Source of the DNA: Nanobdellota archaeon
Lineage (GTDB): Archaea; Nanobdellota; Nanobdellia; Pacearchaeales; GW2011-AR1
Length of the DNA: 64,000 nucleotides
NCBI GenBank assembly: GCA_013329055.1
Contig: DUKY01000007.1
Span: 51,146 to 115,145, forward strand
Direction of reading: 5' to 3'
Below the pieces are notes generated by a model. The model had not been told where the DNA came from and did not search any database. It saw only the letters and a list, made by a program, of their open reading frames with translations. Positions 60,214 to 64,000 of this stretch are shown in pieces; position 1 is the first letter of the stretch, and each line of letters begins with the position of its first letter. Position numbers and translations under genes: made by a program.

Positions 60214-60896
60214 TTTAATTTAGATAAATTTTTTTCAGTTTCAAGAATAATTTTTTTCAGATTTTTTATAACCAGAACAGGATGCTTTCCAATAGCAGTT
60301 TCCTCCGAGAGCATTAAACTTTCAGTACCTTCAATAATTGCATTTGCAATATCGCTTACTTCGGCTCTTGAAGGACGGATATAATTTATCATTGATGGCA
60401 TAACCTCTGTGGCAGTTATAGACATAATATTTTTTTTATTGCATTTTTTTGTGATTAATTTTTGAACAAAAGGCACTTTCTCAATAGAAATATTTCTTCC
60501 TAAATCTCCTCTTGCAATCATTATTCCATCACTAACTTGCATTAGTTTATCAAGATTATCAACGCCCTTTTTTGTTTCTATTTTTGAGATAACCTTAACA
60601 TTTTTATTAAAAATGTTTTTAATTTTTTTAATTTCAATTTCTTTTTCCGCAAATGATACAGCTAAATAATCGATTTTTTTATTTTTATATTCTTCAAGAA
60701 GATTTCTATCTTTAATATCAACCATTATCTTAATTTTTTTGAAATTTTTTATTTTATTATAAAATTTATCAAATTCTTCAACAGAAACATATTTTGTATT
60801 TAATCTTAAAACATTAACTCCTTCCTGAATCATTTGTCTAAGAATGTTTAAATTTGAACTTGCTGGACCAATTGTTGCAATAATCTGAGTATTCAC
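60210..60896 (-). CDS. pyk: Truncated pyruvate kinase (barrel domain only), GTG start
   Basis: IIATIGPAS, SKIE, MIARGDLG, RAEVSD, MLSEETA.G.HP; B and C domains absent. Confidence 0.82.
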   Translation of the reverse strand: MNTQIIATIGPASSNLNILRQMIQEGVNVLRLNTKYVSVEEFDKFYNKIKNFKKIKIMVDIKDRNLLEEYKNKKIDYLAVSFAEKEIEIKKIKNIFNKNVKVISKIETKKGVDNLDKLMQVSDGIMIARGDLGRNISIEKVPFVQKLITKKCNKKNIMSITATEVMPSMINYIRPSRAEVSDIANAIIEGTESLMLSEETAIGKHPVLVIKNLKKIILETEKNLSKLK

Positions 60897-60958
60897 TTTT
60901 TCACCTCTATTAAAATAAAAGAAGGAACATATTTAAATTATTCTTAATTAATTATCGA

Positions 60959-61966
60959 GTGTTCAAAAAAGGGTTTGATTATGAAAAGTACATCTATGCT
61001 CAAAAAGCAGAAGTGTTCAAACGTTTAAATAGATTTGACCGACTTTATTTAGAATTTGGAGGGAAATTATATTATGATGGTCATGCTTCGAGAGTTTTAC
61101 CGGGTTATAAAAAAAATACCAAAATTAAGTTATTAAAAGAGTTGGGAGATTTTGATTTAATTTATTGCGTTAATTCTAAAGAACTTGCATATAAAAGAGT
61201 TTCAAATGATTTTAATTTAACTTATTTTAAACAGACGATTAAAGATATTAAGGAGATTGAAAAAGCAGGATTTAAGGTAAGTTATGTTATTATTACTAGA
61301 TATGAAGGGGAGCAAGAAGCCAGAGATTTAAAACGAAAGCTTGAAAAAAAAGGCAGAAGAGTTTTATTTCATTTTGAGATAAAGGATTACCCTTCGGATT
61401 TAGAAAAAGTTTTGAAAGGTTATAGTGAGCAACCATTTGTTCATTTAAAACATAAATTAGTTATTGTTACCGGTGCTGCAGGGGGTTCAGGAAAGATGGC
61501 TGTTTGCTTAAGTCAGATTTATAATGAAAGCCGAAGCGGGATGAAAACCGGTTTTGCTAAATTTGAAACTTTCCCTATCTGGAATTTGCCATTATCTCAT
61601 CCAATTAATATTGCTTATGAAGCGGCAACAGCAGATTTGGGGGATAAAAATATGTTTGATCCTTATCATTTGAAGGCATATAAAAAAAAAGTTGTTAATT
61701 ATAACAGAGATATTGAAAATTTTGCAATATTACAAAAAATTGCTCAAAAAATTACTGATAAAAAATATCCATTTGGGTATAAATCTCCGACAGATATGGG
61801 GATTAATATGGCTTCTACAGGGATAATAAATGATGAAATTTGCAGAAAGGCAGCGATTAAAGAGATTCATAAAAGATATAAAACTTATTTAAAAGAATAT
61901 GCAAAAGGAAGAGAAAAGATAGAAACAATTGAAAGAATGAAAAAGATTTTAAAGAAAATCTCCTAA
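60959..61966 (+). CDS. DUF1846 (UPF0371) family protein, shortened
   Basis: LYLEFGGKL, HASRVLPG, GSGKMA.CLSQ, AKFETFPIWNLP, YKSPTDMG.N. Confidence 0.88.
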   Translation: MFKKGFDYEKYIYAQKAEVFKRLNRFDRLYLEFGGKLYYDGHASRVLPGYKKNTKIKLLKELGDFDLIYCVNSKELAYKRVSNDFNLTYFKQTIKDIKEIEKAGFKVSYVIITRYEGEQEARDLKRKLEKKGRRVLFHFEIKDYPSDLEKVLKGYSEQPFVHLKHKLVIVTGAAGGSGKMAVCLSQIYNESRSGMKTGFAKFETFPIWNLPLSHPINIAYEAATADLGDKNMFDPYHLKAYKKKVVNYNRDIENFAILQKIAQKITDKKYPFGYKSPTDMGINMASTGIINDEICRKAAIKEIHKRYKTYLKEYAKGREKIETIERMKKILKKIS

Positions 61967-62053
61967 AAAAAGGGTTTTTAGATAAAATAATTCTTAACTT
62001 AAGATTCTTACTAAAACCCAAAAAAATATAAACCCTCAGTATCCTTGGAATTG

Positions 62054-64000
62054 ATGGTTAATTTAAAAAATAAGGATATTAAAGAAACTTTATTGAATTT
62101 AGGACTAGATGAAAAATCAATTACAACTTTTTGCAAATATATCAACGAAAAGGATTGGTTTGAGGCAATAAAAATTTATAAAAAGTTAGAGATTACCAGA
62201 AAAAATTTAGATTCAAAAGATAAGATATATGTTTTATTAAAAGTCGATAATAAAGGTTATGATGTTAATTTAGAAATTGATAAAGATAAACTTATTCATT
62301 TTTGCAACTGTTCACATAGAGAGGATGATAATGGATGCGAACATGCAGGGGCGGTTTTATTGTATAAAATGTTACAAAAAGAAAAAAATGATTTTAATCA
62401 TAAGATTGGCAACATTTTATTATCTAAAGAGAAAGAAAAGGATTTAGATTATTTTAAAGGATTATTTCCGAATATCCCGAATGTTGAAAAAAAGAGCATG
62501 ATTTATTTTAATTTTGAAGAATTCAATAAGGATAGACAGCTATTAAAAGTTCAAAAAGGAAATGTCAAAAAAGATAGCAACTATGGGATTCCAATAAAAT
62601 TTGTTACAAAAGATTTTGATTCACCTAAATGGCAAATCAGCAAAAATACCCGTAATGTTCTTAGGTTTATTGATGAAGGGGACAACTATGGGATTAGTTA
62701 TACAAATTTAGGTTTTATAAAAACTAAATTTAATGATGTCAGCACTGACTTGATGATGCCGATTTTAAGGAGATCATATTTTGAAGAGCAGGAAATAATT
62801 TTGGGGGCAGTTTTCTCGAATGATAAATTTAAAATTGTTTGGGAAATCGAGAAAAAAGATGATTTGCTATATACTCTTGAACCATTTTTTGTTACAAAAA
62901 AAAGAAAAAGCGGAATTTCAAAGATGAATTTAGTTGAAATGGGGATAAATAGTTTATGGGTTTTTGATTGCAACAGAAGATGCTTTTATGAATATGCCGA
63001 CGATTTAAATCTGGAAATTGTTAGAAGCATTATAAAAAATCCAAAAAAGTTAGAACTTAATGAAGAAGAATTAAAAGATTTTTTTTCAAAATATTATCAA
63101 AAGATATTAAATAATTTTGATTTTAATATTTCGGATGATTTGCAAAGAAAATCTAAATGTGTTATCCCAAAAGCTACATTATATTTAGAAAGATTAGACA
63201 ATAAAATAAAAATTAAGCTTAAATTTGATTATGCTTCCAGAGAGGTTAATTATTTTTCATCAAATAAAGAAATGATTTTAGTGGAAAAAGATATTATTTA
63301 TAATATCCCAAGAGATTTTGAACAAGAAGATGAAATTGTTGAACAGCTTAATTCCATGGGGGTTATTACGCATGATGAACTTGATTATTTTGTAATTGAC
63401 GGAGATTTAATTGATTTTGTAATGGAAAAAATCCCTCAAATCAGCCAAAAAGGAATTCAAATAATGGGAGAGGAAAAATTATTTAATTTCAAGGTTGTAA
63501 AACATAAACCAAATATGAGTTTAAATGTGACTAAAAAAATTGATTGGCTTGAAATTAAAGGAACAATTAAATTTGGACATGATTCTGTGGATATACAGGA
63601 TGTTTTGGAAACAATTTTCAAAAATAAAAGATTTATTGATTTATCTGACGGGAAAAAAGCGGTAATCCCTCAGGAATGGATTAATAGTCTTAAATGTTAT
63701 TCAGGTCTTGTTCAGCTTGAAAATTCTCAGGCTAAATTATCACAATATCATATGGCAATATTGAATAATTTAATTGAATTTTCAGCAGATGTCAGCATGG
63801 ATAATAATGTCCAAAAAATGTTAACAATCTTTAAAGAATTTGAAAAAATTAAACCTGAAAAAATTTCAAAAAATGTTAATGCAGAACTTAGACCTTATCA
63901 AAAAGCCGGATATGATTGGCTTTGTTTTTTGAATAAATCCGGATTTAACGGAATTTTAGCAGATGATATGGGTTTAGGTAAAACATTGCAAACATTAAGT
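62054..64000 (+). CDS. SWIM Zn-finger + SNF2-family helicase (3'-truncated by window)
   Basis: Hand translation: SWIM CNC..GCEH near 62300-62345; window ends in [22 protein letters not shown]. Confidence 0.9.
   Translation, partial: MVNLKNKDIKETLLNLGLDEKSITTFCKYINEKDWFEAIKIYKKLEITRKNLDSKDKIYVLLKVDNKGYDVNLEIDKDKLIHFCNCSHREDDNGCEHAGAVLLYKMLQKEKNDFNHKIGNILLSKEKEKDLDYFKGLFPNIPNVEKKSMIYFNFEEFNKDRQLLKVQKGNVKKDSNYGIPIKFVTKDFDSPKWQISKNTRNVLRFIDEGDNYGISYTNLGFIKTKFNDVSTDLMMPILRRSYFEEQEIILGAVFSNDKFKIVWEIEKKDDLLYTLEPFFVTKKRKSGISKMNLVEMGINSLWVFDCNRRCFYEYADDLNLEIVRSIIKNPKKLELNEEELKDFFSKYYQKILNNFDFNISDDLQRKSKCVIPKATLYLERLDNKIKIKLKFDYASREVNYFSSNKEMILVEKDIIYNIPRDFEQEDEIVEQLNSMGVITHDELDYFVIDGDLIDFVMEKIPQISQKGIQIMGEEKLFNFKVVKHKPNMSLNVTKKIDWLEIKGTIKFGHDSVDIQDVLETIFKNKRFIDLSDGKKAVIPQEWINSLKCYSGLVQLENSQAKLSQYHMAILNNLIEFSADVSMDNNVQKMLTIFKEFEKIKPEKISKNVNAELRPYQKAGYDWLCFLNKSGFNGILADDMGLGKTLQTLS

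Noticed and set aside
61971-62019. Inverted repeat GGGTTTT..AAAACCC after the DUF1846 gene
   Set aside because: Short, imperfect and unrelated to the tRNA-associated modules; probably a terminator-like or chance hairpin.

Overview
Very AT-rich chromosomal window from a small-genome DPANN archaeon, most likely Pacearchaeota or Woesearchaeota. The assignment is inferred from gatD, rpoE'/spt4, S24e/S27ae, TFS, class I CCA enzyme, oapABC, form III-type RuBisCO and Cys-rich surface proteins. It also carries bacterial-type uvrA/uvrB/uvrC, two PEP synthases, a truncated pyruvate kinase, transporters, a RelE-like toxin-antitoxin pair and a partial SWIM-SNF2 helicase. Three tRNA genes are readable: Lys-CTT with a BHB intron, His-GTG and Trp-CCA. 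The most striking feature lies outside the ORF track. Each tRNA is flanked by tandem duplications of its own fragments interleaved with a shared set of short palindromic modules (CAGAGA..TCTCTG, CTGTGC-CTWC-GCACAG, TGAAAGCTTCTTTAAAT..GAACTTTCAGA). These modules recur across loci up to 34 kb apart, suggesting an undescribed tRNA-anchored hairpin-array element family. Two accessory genes are also bracketed by exact duplications of the neighbouring gene's 3' end (45 bp and 21 bp). All calls are from reading the sequence by eye; no searches were run.
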